Of a stretch of DNA of 64,000 bases, positions 39,816 to 49,388 are shown piece by piece (the stretch's first letter is position 1; every line of letters starts with the position of its first letter). Location: positions 3,424 through 67,423 of the forward strand of contig JAYSUJ010000024.1 of assembly GCA_043719155.1 (NCBI GenBank), read 5' to 3'. The position numbers were made by a program, and so were the translations under genes. The notes under the pieces were generated by a model, which did no database searches, was not told where the DNA came from, and saw only the letters and a list, made by a program, of their open reading frames with translations. The DNA comes from a bacterium (GTDB lineage Bacteria; Patescibacteriota; Minisyncoccia; Phycocordibacterales; UBA5272).

Positions 39816-39828
39816 CACAAAAAACGTT

Positions 39829-40248
39829 TTATCTTACTGTCGTACCCGGCTCAGGTTCCCCCACCGGACTCACCATAAACAAATTTCCAGCATCTCCACC
39901 GGCAAACAGAAGCATACCGTTACTCTCAAACCCCCGCATTTTTCTTGGTGCCAAGTTTGCCACTACGCATACATATTTACCAACAAGTTCGTCTCCTGTT
40001 TTAAAATATTCTCGTATGCCTGATAAAATAGTTCTGTATTCTGGAGACACACTTTCTTCTCCCGTTTCAGAAATTACTTGTTTTGTTTCCCCTACGTCTA
40101 CTAAAAATCTATAGAGCTTGTCAGCCCCATCTATCGTGTGACACTCTAAAATTTTGCCAATTTTAAGTTGAACTTTTGCAAAATCTTCGATACCAATAGT
40201 TTTTACAACATTCACAGTTCCTTCTTTTTTAATTTCATCTGTTTGCAT
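39829..40248 (-). CDS. tRNA-binding domain protein (CsaA/Trbp111/Myf-like)
   Basis: IEDFAKVQLKIGKI...DGADKLYRFLVDVGE...ELVGKYVCVVANLAPRKMRGFESNGMLLFA is the OB-fold tRNA-binding signature. Confidence 0.8.
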   Translation of the reverse strand: MQTDEIKKEGTVNVVKTIGIEDFAKVQLKIGKILECHTIDGADKLYRFLVDVGETKQVISETGEESVSPEYRTILSGIREYFKTGDELVGKYVCVVANLAPRKMRGFESNGMLLFAGGDAGNLFMVSPVGEPEPGTTVR

Positions 40249-40265
40249 ATTTATATTATATTTTA

Positions 40266-40739
40266 TTACATGTCTTCACTATCTGCAATTCCCTGCTCAA
40301 ATTCTTCTTGCTTTTTCTTTTCCTCGTCAGTCTTCACATTCACTTTGTCTAAATATCTTTGTAAAATTAGGGCGGCTGCCCTGTCATCTATGTCTTTCTC
40401 ATTGTCCAAATATCTTGCATGCTTACTAGTTAAAAACTCTTTCTCATATTTAAATTCTATCTCCCCATTTAAAACTCTTGCCTCGTATTTTTCTTTCATC
40501 ATGTTTACAAAACTTTGAGTCTTTTCCCAAATGTGATTATGTATACCTTTAGAGTTTACACTTTCTCCAAAGATAATTCTTTCAAAAAGCACATTACTCA
40601 ACATATGGTCTAGCTCGGCCTCCAGACTTTCAGTCGGCACAATTTTTAATGGCACAGCCACTGTTCCCTTGTCGTCACTCACTGCTAGCCCACATTTTTT
40701 GGCTCCAAAGTCTACGGATAAGTATTTCATGTTATTCAT
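40266..40739 (-). CDS. ruvX: Putative pre-16S rRNA nuclease / Holliday junction resolvase YqgF (RuvX)
   Basis: YLSVDFGAKKCGLAVSD..GTVAVPL is the YqgF N-terminal motif. The acidic C-terminal extension is atypical. Confidence 0.65.
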   Translation of the reverse strand: MNNMKYLSVDFGAKKCGLAVSDDKGTVAVPLKIVPTESLEAELDHMLSNVLFERIIFGESVNSKGIHNHIWEKTQSFVNMMKEKYEARVLNGEIEFKYEKEFLTSKHARYLDNEKDIDDRAAALILQRYLDKVNVKTDEEKKKQEEFEQGIADSEDM

Positions 40740-40801
40740 TATAGCAAAGTTATTGAAAAATTAGAAATATGTGTTATAATTTTGGAGTTCTCAAAAACTC
40801 T

Positions 40802-40873
40802 GCTCGGGTAGTTCAATGGATAGAATATAGGATTGCGGTTCCTACGATACAGGTTCGATTCCTGTCTCGAGCA
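40802..40873 (+). tRNA. tRNA-Arg (anticodon GCG as read from the fold)
   Basis: Acceptor GCTCGGG/CTCGAGC, D-arm GTTC-AATGGATA-GAAT, anticodon stem TAGGA/TCCTA, loop TT-GCG-GT, T-arm ACAGG-TTCGATT-CCTGT. Backbone highly similar to the tRNA at 39744. Confidence 0.65.
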
Positions 40874-40882
40874 CAAAGGGGT

Positions 40883-40919
40883 GAAACAAAAAACACATAA
40901 ATTATGTGTTTTTTGTTTC
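40883..40919. terminator. Long perfect palindrome / bidirectional terminator after tRNA-Arg
   Basis: gaaacaaaaaacacataa-a-ttatgtgttttttgtttc, about a 16-17-bp stem. Confidence 0.5.
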
Positions 40920-40935
40920 GTGTTTTCAGTCAATT

Positions 40936-41124
40936 TTACACTAACTCAAAGTGTTGAGCTAAAACGTAAACACCTGAAAGTCCTACCAAAATGTATACTA
41001 GACTTTCTAAACTTGCCATTGACCCAAAAATCATACTTACCAAGTTGAAACCAACTGCGGTCAACCCCCAGTTAAGTGCGCCAATTACTACTAACCACCA
41101 AGCCACCATTCCTATTGTTTTCAT
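40936..41124 (-). CDS. DUF378-like small membrane protein
   Basis: VVIGALNWGLTAVGFNLV motif and two TM helices. Confidence 0.5.
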   Translation of the reverse strand: MKTIGMVAWWLVVIGALNWGLTAVGFNLVSMIFGSMASLESLVYILVGLSGVYVLAQHFELV

Positions 41125-41212
41125 ATATATATTTTTAACTAGGATTCCCCTAGTCTGTTATAAGTATAGCTATATTTTTAAAAAGTGTGCAACTAGTTAT
41201 CCCCTTTATCTT

Positions 41213-42382
41213 TTATTTAATTTTGTATTTTTTAAACTTGTAAAAATACATAACTGCCATGTTTATTGAGAAAGTTACAAGGAGCAGAATTATAAAATAC
41301 CAAAACCCAGCACTAGTAAATTTCGGCAAAGTATCCCTGGTCATGTAGTTGACTATTCCTGCTACTACCCCAATTGTAGTTATAAGTGTCAGTGACGAGA
41401 TAGAAGACTTGGTACTTTCAGTCTGTAAAACTCCCAGCATCTCATTGGCAGAGTTTAAATAGTTTTTAGTCATGGACCAAAGGCTTTTTACATAGTCATG
41501 AGTATCTAAAAGAGTTTCAAATTTGTATTGAAAAAGAGGGTGGAGATTTTTATAATCGTCGCCAAGATTGGTGAGTTTTTGTCTGGTTTTCAGGTAAACC
41601 GGCATTTGGTTTATCCTTGCTTCTATCAGGTTTATCGTTTTTTGCTCTTGCTGCAATTCTTCTCTTGTCTTAAAGATTTCATCTCCCCTTAAATAATCTT
41701 TACTTTTAATTATATTAATTTTTTCCCAAATCTCTCTGTGTATGTGTAAATATCTAGCCATCTGAGCTTTAAATTCCCTAAAGAAAATTTCAGTCTCGGC
41801 AAACAAGTTAAATACTTTATCATTTGGTAAATTTTCTAAGATCATTATTTTTTTACCTTTGTAAATCCCAACTTTTTCTACTACAATTTTAGAACTTATC
41901 TCATCCTCCAGCTTTTCGAACACTTCTAAAATATCTGCCATCGCCCCAGCTTCTACATTCAAAATAAATGGGTAGATATTTTCTATCTTAGCCAACTCTT
42001 TTGGTACTGGTGCACCTCTGGAAAATAAATATGAAAAAGCTGTCGCTAGCTTTGTTTCATAAAAGTTTTTTATTTTTTCTATTTCTTTTACTAAATCTAG
42101 TAAATCATTTTTTTTATCGTTTTTTTCTATATTTACTTTTAGAGTTATCAGGCCATCTTCAAATATATTTAAAGAAAAGCTACCTTCCAAAACTATATCC
42201 AAATATTCCATTTCTGCCACAACTCTTTCACAACTTTTTACCTTTAAATTCTTAAGGTTTTTTGTTACAACTTTTTTATCTAGACCAAGCAAATCTTTAC
42301 CAGACAAAAAATTTTGCATTTCTGTCAAATGCAGAGTTGTCCTTTGAAACCAACCACCTATGGTTACAGATTTTATTTTCAC
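41213..42382 (-). CDS. Hypothetical protein with a C-terminal TM anchor
   Basis: 389-aa ORF with no recognised motif. Confidence 0.3.
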   Translation of the reverse strand: MKIKSVTIGGWFQRTTLHLTEMQNFLSGKDLLGLDKKVVTKNLKNLKVKSCERVVAEMEYLDIVLEGSFSLNIFEDGLITLKVNIEKNDKKNDLLDLVKEIEKIKNFYETKLATAFSYLFSRGAPVPKELAKIENIYPFILNVEAGAMADILEVFEKLEDEISSKIVVEKVGIYKGKKIMILENLPNDKVFNLFAETEIFFREFKAQMARYLHIHREIWEKINIIKSKDYLRGDEIFKTREELQQEQKTINLIEARINQMPVYLKTRQKLTNLGDDYKNLHPLFQYKFETLLDTHDYVKSLWSMTKNYLNSANEMLGVLQTESTKSSISSLTLITTIGVVAGIVNYMTRDTLPKFTSAGFWYFIILLLVTFSINMAVMYFYKFKKYKIK

Positions 42383-42409
42383 TAAAAAAGTTTAACACAA
42401 CTTTTTGTT

Positions 42410-43189
42410 TTAACTACGCAGTTTCCAACCAGTTTGAAATATGTATATTGTTAGACCCAAGAAAAGTGCAGCTATAGTACCCAAAACTACAATACCTAAA
42501 AGTAGTGAAGCGTCATGGTAACCAGTCAAGGCATATCGTATACCGTCTGTGGCGTAAAAAAGTGGGTTAAAGTGAATCAGAAAACGCAAGTTTTCAGGCA
42601 GCATCGACACCGAGTAAAACGCTCCACCAAGAAAAGACATGGGAGTAATAATAAAATTTTGAGCTAGGCCCATTTTCTCAAAACTGTTGTCCGCCCAGAT
42701 GCCTACAACTAAGCCCATAATCCCAAAAACAAAAGATATAAGCAAAACATAAAACAAAAGCATAAACGGGTGCGCAATAGCGTTTACCCCAAACATCAAA
42801 CCTACAATGGAAAGGGCTAACATAATACAAATACCTCTGAATAAACCATTAGCCACCAGAGAGAGCACCAGTTCAACATAAGAAATTGGGTAAGTTAAAA
42901 AATCTTCTATAGTTTTACCAAATTTCATAAAGTAAATTGAAAAACTAGTGGCCCCAAAAACTGACATAATTAAGTTCATGGCAAAAATACCTGGGAAAAC
43001 GAAAGAAATATATTTTATGCCCTCGATACTTTCTATTTTGCTGCCCACCACATAACCAAAGATAAATATATACAGTGAGGCAGTAACAAAAGGAGCTATT
43101 AGAGCTTGACCTAAAACTCTTTTATTTCTAGCTACTTCTCTTTCTATCAGTGTGAAAAAAGGAATCAGTCTGGTTATTATTTTTTGCAT
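42410..43189 (-). CDS. ABC-2 type transporter permease
   Basis: Six-TM ABC-2 permease pattern, adjacent to an ABC ATPase. Confidence 0.7.
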   Translation of the reverse strand: MQKIITRLIPFFTLIEREVARNKRVLGQALIAPFVTASLYIFIFGYVVGSKIESIEGIKYISFVFPGIFAMNLIMSVFGATSFSIYFMKFGKTIEDFLTYPISYVELVLSLVANGLFRGICIMLALSIVGLMFGVNAIAHPFMLLFYVLLISFVFGIMGLVVGIWADNSFEKMGLAQNFIITPMSFLGGAFYSVSMLPENLRFLIHFNPLFYATDGIRYALTGYHDASLLLGIVVLGTIAALFLGLTIYIFQTGWKLRS

Positions 43190-43219
43190 ATTTTTTATAT
43201 TTTAATTAGTAATTGTAAT

Positions 43220-43927
43220 TTAAGAAAACATTTTTATTTGATTAATGTAATCACTAACTTTTTCAAGAGTTTCCGACACTGTTAAAACTTCGTTATCAAT
43301 ATAATACCCTTCTTTTACATTATCAACCATACTAAAAACAAATTCAGCAGACTCCTTCCCGAAAACTTTTTCTCTTTTTGAGTCTCTCTCAATACACACC
43401 TTAAGTGAGCTAAACAAAGTAATAAAAAGTACGTTACCCCTAAACTTAGATTTCAAATCTTCCACTTGGTCTTTGTAATAAAAACAACCACACAGTAAAT
43501 TTATTTTATCTGACACACAACTTTTAAAAACTATTTCATTGGATTTTATAAAATTTTCTAAAGGAATGCCATCGTTCGCACTTAAATTATTATCGTCAAT
43601 AATTTTATCCAAAGACAAATAATTATAAACTAGACTGTTTGCGAGCAGCTTTGAAATTGTGGTTTTCCCAACTCCTAATGGTCCACGGATAACTATCAAT
43701 TTTTTACTTGACAGATCTTGGGTAGGTGTTATACTTTCTATACTAACGCCAAATGGCGCCTGAGAAACCCCGTGTAAAAACGGGGTTTCGTCTTTATGTA
43801 AAATTACCCTATTAACTTGAGCAACTAATTTCAAAAACTCATCTTCCGATTGTTTTTTAACACAGTTCCAATCATCGAAGTTTTTGCTAATGTCTTTTTG
43901 TCCTAAAGGGACTTGGTTTCCATGCAT
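43220..43927 (-). CDS. P-loop NTPase/kinase-like protein inserted between the ABC ATPase and permease genes
   Basis: Walker A IVIRGPLGVGKTTISKLLA, typical of small-molecule or nucleotide kinase folds, preceded by a roughly 95-aa N-terminal domain. Confidence 0.45.
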   Translation of the reverse strand: MHGNQVPLGQKDISKNFDDWNCVKKQSEDEFLKLVAQVNRVILHKDETPFLHGVSQAPFGVSIESITPTQDLSSKKLIVIRGPLGVGKTTISKLLANSLVYNYLSLDKIIDDNNLSANDGIPLENFIKSNEIVFKSCVSDKINLLCGCFYYKDQVEDLKSKFRGNVLFITLFSSLKVCIERDSKREKVFGKESAEFVFSMVDNVKEGYYIDNEVLTVSETLEKVSDYINQIKMFS

Positions 43928-43934
43928 AAAAAAA

Positions 43935-44663
43935 TTATTTCTGGGTTATCTCCAAATACTTATCCTGCAATTTTCCATTCTCCATTGCTGTTTTAATACT
44001 TTCGTCATAAACAATTTCGCCCCCCTTTATTATGACTACTCTTTCACACATTTCCTCTATCTCCTCCAAATAATGTGAAGTGAGGATAATAGTCTTACCT
44101 TCTTTGTGTAAATCTTTTAAATATTTCCAAATAGCTTGCCTAGTTTCTACATCTACCCCCGCAGTTGGTTCATCTAAGATAATTATTTCAGGGTGATGTA
44201 TCAAGGCTTTGGCAACAACAGTACGACGTTTTAAACCTCCGGAAAGGAAGTTGAACTTTTTCTTTCTATGTTCTTGCAAACCAAAGGCTGTCAACATATC
44301 CTCCACCCTTTTCTTTCTCTCCTCACCGACAATACTGAAAAACCCAGCCTGATAGTACAGGACGTCTTCCACCAAAGCAAAGAAATCTATATTGAACTCT
44401 TGGGGTGACAAACCTATTTTAGTTCTAGCTTGTTTATAGTCCTGTACCACATCATGTCCGAAAACTTTTATACTTCCACTTGTCGGCTCGGAAACTCCAG
44501 TTATACAGTGTATGGTTGTGGACTTGCCAGCCCCATTTGGACCCAGAATCCCTACAAACTCACCTTTTTTTATTTCTAAAGACAAGCCTCTGATGGCCAA
44601 TTTTTCATCTTTTGTTCCCGCTTTATATACTTTTACTAAATTCTCAACTTTTATGGCAGACAT
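43935..44663 (-). CDS. ABC transporter ATP-binding protein
   Basis: Walker A GPNGAGKST, signature LSGGLKRR, Walker B IIILDEPTAGVD. Confidence 0.85.
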   Translation of the reverse strand: MSAIKVENLVKVYKAGTKDEKLAIRGLSLEIKKGEFVGILGPNGAGKSTTIHCITGVSEPTSGSIKVFGHDVVQDYKQARTKIGLSPQEFNIDFFALVEDVLYYQAGFFSIVGEERKKRVEDMLTAFGLQEHRKKKFNFLSGGLKRRTVVAKALIHHPEIIILDEPTAGVDVETRQAIWKYLKDLHKEGKTIILTSHYLEEIEEMCERVVIIKGGEIVYDESIKTAMENGKLQDKYLEITQK

Positions 44664-44666
44664 ATT

Positions 44667-45185
44667 TTAACCCTGCTTCATTTCCATTTTACCTATAAAG
44701 TCCATTTTACCAATTTTAACCCCCTTGTTTCTTAAGATATTGTAAGCTGTAGAAAGGTGGAAAAGTGAGTTTTGAAAAATAAAGTTCTCCAAATATTCTG
44801 GACCTTCAAAATACATACCACTTGGCATCCAGCCCATAGATATTCTCCTATTTTCAATATCTTCAACTTTTTCTATATCCATACTTTGTAAAAATTCTTT
44901 TGTTTTCTTTATTCTTTCTTTTAGTTCTAAAATTGTCTTTTCACTGTCCTCAAACTTCGGTGCGTCTACCCCAGCAAGTCTAGCTACACCCCCTTTGGCA
45001 TTGTCAGAAAAAATTTGTACTTGTCTTTTAAAATCATACATATCAGGTGCCAGTCGTGCCGACAATATCTCCTCCTCACCTACCCCACTTTCCGCCAAAT
45101 ACCCTTCGGCTTTTTCAAGTAAATTGTTCATGTTGTCACAAGCTCGTAGCATCATTTTGTAAAAAAGTTCGTATTTATTTTTCAT
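44667..45185 (-). CDS. DUF1993-like protein
   Basis: ARLAPDMYDFKRQVQIFSDNAKGG resembles the conserved DUF1993 core. This is a recollection, not a verified match. Confidence 0.4.
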   Translation of the reverse strand: MKNKYELFYKMMLRACDNMNNLLEKAEGYLAESGVGEEEILSARLAPDMYDFKRQVQIFSDNAKGGVARLAGVDAPKFEDSEKTILELKERIKKTKEFLQSMDIEKVEDIENRRISMGWMPSGMYFEGPEYLENFIFQNSLFHLSTAYNILRNKGVKIGKMDFIGKMEMKQG

Positions 45186-45227
45186 ATATTTTATTGTAGG
45201 TTTAGTATAGCAGACCCGTCAAGAGGA

Positions 45228-47048
45228 CTATATAAAAATCCTATAGACTTTTAAATCCTCATACTTGTATTTTTCCTTTAGTTCTTTGAATACAGGCGCG
45301 AGTTTTACATTTCCCTCTTCATCTTTTTTTAAAATGTTTTTCTTAAATGCTTTTTTAACTTCATTTGGTACAGAAAAAATATTTACATGTTTGTAGTTTT
45401 CATCATTTTCTAGAATTTTAGACACCTCTGCCTTTGTAACTTTTTTATTTTTAAAAAGTTCTTCAACATGTTTTAAGATACTCTCAAATTTCATATCTCG
45501 CATCTCACATATTTCAGATATACTTTTTTCAAATTTAACAAGCTCCAAAGTTTGTTCCTGGGTACTTTTTTCAACTACTCTTATCTTTTTCTCTACTCCT
45601 CCATCCCAGACACCACCACAATCGTCTATAAATTTTTTCTGAGTTTTTTCAAGTTTTTTTAAATCAGCTTTTAAAAACTTTTCCTGAATAAACCTAGAAT
45701 CTTTACGTATCTTTTCATCAAATTCACAAATGTTTTGATTGACTTGTAAACTTTTAGGATTATAGCTTTTTAAGTAAAGCCCATCCAGACTACGCAAACG
45801 TGACAGTGCCACATAACCCTGACCAAACTCAAACGTCTCACCAAGATTAATAATAGCCTCGTCCAAACTCATACCCTGACTTTTGTGAACCGTGATAGCC
45901 CAAGCTAATCGTAGTGGGTACTGAGAGAGTCTAGCCTTTACCTTGCCGTCATCCTCCAGTTTCCACTCTTCTTGTTTTACCTCTATTGTTTTACCAAAAC
46001 TTTTTTCAACAACAATTCGAAATGGCTCTAGCTCCACAACTTTGCCCATAGTCCCATTTACGTATTCACCCTCCAAAGAATTTTTAGTAAACATAACTTT
46101 GGCTCCAACTTTCAACTTTAAAATCTCTGGACTTAGACAATTTCGTATCAATCCTTCTAAGGGTTTAGAGCTGCCAATTGTCACCATTTTATAGACAAAT
46201 TCCCTTTCCGTAATTAAGTTTAGCTTCAAATTGTTTATCTCATCGACATTTTTATTATGTGAATGTAGCTCTAAAATATCCAAGTTTTTTTCTGTTACGA
46301 TGTCTTTATTGTCTTTATCTTTTTTGCTTATTTCGTCCTCTTCCAATACCACCAACTCCTCCTCGTACTCACCCTCGTCTAAAACTTTTTTTTCTTCCTT
46401 TAGTCCAAGCTTTTTAAAAGTTTTCTTTTTTACCTCTTCTAAAATCTCTACGTGCATTTCATCGATAGTATTTTCTCGTATAGCCAAAAGTAATTTAGTA
46501 AAAGTTTCATCTGTCTGTCTAAATTGTTCTTCTAAATAGCAAGTTAGTGGCCTTGCCTCTTTCCAAGCTGCTCCCATAAAAGCAAAAAACTTTCTCTCTT
46601 CACCCTTTTTCATAATCGGTGGTAGTTGAAAAAAATCTCCAACAAAAATAATTTGCACCCCACCAAAAGGCTTGGTTGGGTCTTTTATACCCTTTAAAAC
46701 AAAATTTACATTGTCCAAAGTTTGGGCATCCAACATGGATATTTCATCTATGATCAAGACTTTAGTATTCTGAATTTTCTTGACCAATTTTTCCCTCTCC
46801 ATTATTTTATCCAACTTGTATTCATCTATTTCCTTTTCAATACCAATACCAGAAAAACTATGAATAGTAGAGCCACCAATGTGAGTAGAGGCTATACCTG
46901 TAGATGCGGTAATAGCCGGGTAAACACCTTTGTCTTCTAAATATTTGACATACTGATTTATAACATAAGTCTTTCCTGCCCCTGGAACACCAGTTAAAAA
47001 AACATTGGAGCCAGTTTTTAAAATTTCCAAGGCCTCGGTTTGTAACAT
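45228..47048 (-). CDS. Pif1/RecD-like ATP-dependent DNA helicase
   Basis: Walker A GVPGAGKT, LIIDEISMLD, GDFFQLPPI, and a C-terminal ...HKSQG-like region. Confidence 0.7.
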   Translation of the reverse strand: MLQTEALEILKTGSNVFLTGVPGAGKTYVINQYVKYLEDKGVYPAITASTGIASTHIGGSTIHSFSGIGIEKEIDEYKLDKIMEREKLVKKIQNTKVLIIDEISMLDAQTLDNVNFVLKGIKDPTKPFGGVQIIFVGDFFQLPPIMKKGEERKFFAFMGAAWKEARPLTCYLEEQFRQTDETFTKLLLAIRENTIDEMHVEILEEVKKKTFKKLGLKEEKKVLDEGEYEEELVVLEEDEISKKDKDNKDIVTEKNLDILELHSHNKNVDEINNLKLNLITEREFVYKMVTIGSSKPLEGLIRNCLSPEILKLKVGAKVMFTKNSLEGEYVNGTMGKVVELEPFRIVVEKSFGKTIEVKQEEWKLEDDGKVKARLSQYPLRLAWAITVHKSQGMSLDEAIINLGETFEFGQGYVALSRLRSLDGLYLKSYNPKSLQVNQNICEFDEKIRKDSRFIQEKFLKADLKKLEKTQKKFIDDCGGVWDGGVEKKIRVVEKSTQEQTLELVKFEKSISEICEMRDMKFESILKHVEELFKNKKVTKAEVSKILENDENYKHVNIFSVPNEVKKAFKKNILKKDEEGNVKLAPVFKELKEKYKYEDLKVYRIFI

Positions 47049-47075
47049 ACTATTTTCTTTTAGAATTATAGCATT

Positions 47076-48641
47076 TTAAACAAAGCCAGGGAAAAAGTCT
47101 ATTTTTATATTTCTGCTTGGCACACCCAAATCTTTTAGGATTTTTTCAAATCCAAAAACCATACTGTGTGGCCCAGAAATGTAGAAGCACCTTTCCTTAA
47201 AGTCTGGCACTTCTTTTTGTAACAAGTTTTTATCTATAAATCCAAATCTAAAGTCCTGATAATTTAAAACACTCTCCTCTACTTTTTGACCAACGTCAGT
47301 CACAGTATAAATAGTTTTAATATTTAATTTTTCTTTAGCTTCATCAAAAATATTCTTATAAGCAATGTCATCTATAGTTTTGTTAGAATAAAAATGAACA
47401 ATATCTCTTTTAGAATTTGTATCCAAGCAAAACTTAATCATGCTGCGAAAAGGGGTAACCCCGATACCTCCCGCTATAAAAACTAACTTTTGTTTTTTAT
47501 TTTTAGGTAAAGTGAATTCTCCCGCAATCTTAGATGCCGACACAGTATCGCCAGTTTTAAGTGCTAATAAATCTCGCTTGAACGTACTCGGTTCTGGGTA
47601 ATATTTTACTCCGAGTTTTATTTCTTTTTCTGTTGGAGATGATGCAACTGTGAAATATCTTCTATTCCCCCTACTGTCTGACAAATTATCTTGTACAGTA
47701 AACTCCATATATTGCCCTGCTTTGAAATTCATCTTCTTGTCTTTTTTAAAAACAAATTCGAAAACATCTTCAGCAACCTTATTTACCTCTTTCAAAGTTA
47801 GGGAGAGCCTGATTTTAGGACTAGCCAAGTATGAGAATAAATTACCCAGCACCAAAGCCAGTTCAGGTGTAGAGTAGAAGCTGCCAAAATGAATGAGTGG
47901 AGAAAACAACGCACCTACTATTGCCCCATAAATTATTCTTGTAATCCTTTTCGGAGGAGTTGTAAGTGGCTCGGTCAGCATAAATAAGGCAAAAAATAAA
48001 ATGGGTGACAGTAAAAAAATATTTAAAGTGTAGCTGAAGACGTTTTGCTGATTGGTATAAAAAATACAAATGAAAATTGTTTCTAAAATAAATATAGTTA
48101 GGAAAGAAAATATAAGATCGAACCTTTGTGTCTTTCTGACAATCAATAGGCCAGTAATAAAAACTGCTGGCAGTAAATATATGTTGCCCACCCACCAACT
48201 CGCCGATAAGTTTAAAAAGAGCGCCGTCAAAACTATCGAGACAGCAACGGGATTGAAGATATGTTTAGAGAAAATTGCCAAGATATATTTGCTAGCCTGT
48301 GCTAAAACAGAGGCCCAAAAAGCTATGACAAAAAATGTTTCTGCAGTCTTATCTGTAAAAGGGTTGATAAGCAAGACCAAAATAAGTGCCGTGATGTAGA
48401 CAGACTCTAGGTTAGCTGGGACTTTAAAAACAAAAGCAAAAACTTTGTTGGTTATTGCAGAAACCGCAAGAATGAAAAAAGTAGAAAATAAAAGAGAGAC
48501 TGGATTAAAACTTAATAGACCAAAAAAACTTAGCCCAAGTGCGTTAAGCCAAATTAAAAGCAATGCGTACAAAACCAATTTATACATCGTTATCTTATTT
48601 AAAAAATCATCGATCTTATTTAACATATTTTTGAAAACCAC
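47076..48641 (-). CDS. Membrane oxidoreductase: polytopic N-terminal domain fused to an FAD/NAD(P)-binding FNR-like domain
   Basis: About 8 TM helices, then FKAGQYMEFTV...RYFTVASSP (FAD-binding RxYS-like) and GGIGVTPFRSM (NAD-binding). Confidence 0.55.
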   Translation of the reverse strand: MVFKNMLNKIDDFLNKITMYKLVLYALLLIWLNALGLSFFGLLSFNPVSLLFSTFFILAVSAITNKVFAFVFKVPANLESVYITALILVLLINPFTDKTAETFFVIAFWASVLAQASKYILAIFSKHIFNPVAVSIVLTALFLNLSASWWVGNIYLLPAVFITGLLIVRKTQRFDLIFSFLTIFILETIFICIFYTNQQNVFSYTLNIFLLSPILFFALFMLTEPLTTPPKRITRIIYGAIVGALFSPLIHFGSFYSTPELALVLGNLFSYLASPKIRLSLTLKEVNKVAEDVFEFVFKKDKKMNFKAGQYMEFTVQDNLSDSRGNRRYFTVASSPTEKEIKLGVKYYPEPSTFKRDLLALKTGDTVSASKIAGEFTLPKNKKQKLVFIAGGIGVTPFRSMIKFCLDTNSKRDIVHFYSNKTIDDIAYKNIFDEAKEKLNIKTIYTVTDVGQKVEESVLNYQDFRFGFIDKNLLQKEVPDFKERCFYISGPHSMVFGFEKILKDLGVPSRNIKIDFFPGFV

Positions 48642-49377
48642 TTGTCATGGTGGCCATACCTTCTTTGTCTATTATATACCCTTCTAAATCATAACCCATT
48701 TTTTTCTTTTCTTCTAAGAAATAAGCCCCTGCTTTCCCCATGGCAAATATAGCGGTCACAAATCTGTCAGCTTCTAAAATATTTTCTGCCACAATGGTCA
48801 CACTTACAATCTCATTTAAACCATCTTGGTAGTTATTTGGATTATATATATGTTCACCTCTGGCATATTTCGCGGACGTAGCCACACCGACATTACATAG
48901 GTTTAAAACTTTAATAATTTCGCCCTCTGGTTGAAATGGATTTTTTATCCCAACTCTCCAATTTTCTCCATCTGAGTTTTTCCCAGAGACTTCTATATCG
49001 CTCCCAATATCTATCAAGAAGTTTTTACAACAATTTTCTCTTAAAATGTTTGCCGCACCATGTATTGCCCAGCCTTTTACCAGACCTGATGGGTCAATTT
49101 TACCATCATCTTTTTTTACATCAAAAAAGTTTTTGGTTTCTGATTTTGTTTTTTCACACAAAGCTAAAACCTCGCACATTTCAGGAGAAAAATTTAATAA
49201 AGATATTTCACCTCTATTTATTTTAGATACTTCACTTGTACTTTTATAGGTTGAAAATTTTTCATCTATCTCCCGCAAATAACTAAAAACTTTAAAAGTT
49301 ATATTTTCAAAATCTACATCCTTGTCTACTATTTCCACCAATACTTGCATGCCCATTATAACTTCAGTTGCTCGCAT
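48616..49377 (-). CDS. apbE: ApbE-family FAD:protein FMN transferase
   Basis: MGMQVLVEIVD... with the ApbE fold pattern and flavin-cluster context. Confidence 0.55.
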   Translation of the reverse strand: MRATEVIMGMQVLVEIVDKDVDFENITFKVFSYLREIDEKFSTYKSTSEVSKINRGEISLLNFSPEMCEVLALCEKTKSETKNFFDVKKDDGKIDPSGLVKGWAIHGAANILRENCCKNFLIDIGSDIEVSGKNSDGENWRVGIKNPFQPEGEIIKVLNLCNVGVATSAKYARGEHIYNPNNYQDGLNEIVSVTIVAENILEADRFVTAIFAMGKAGAYFLEEKKKMGYDLEGYIIDKEGMATMTSGFQKYVK

Positions 49378-49388
49378 TTTAAGTGGAT

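Noticed and set aside
39597-39818. ORF 39597..39818 (-), ...RQESNLHQELRS...YPLNYGS...
   Set aside because: It is the antisense translation of tRNA-Arg(TCT). The recurrent peptide RQESNL...FYPLNY is the signature of T-arm and acceptor antisense.
40739-40933. ORF 40739..40933 (-), similar RQESNLYRR...FYPLNYPS peptide
   Set aside because: Antisense translation of the second tRNA-Arg plus terminator palindrome.
47650-48399. Small ORFs on both strands inside the 47076..48641 oxidoreductase gene
   Set aside because: Nested within a gene with clear FAD/NAD-binding motifs.
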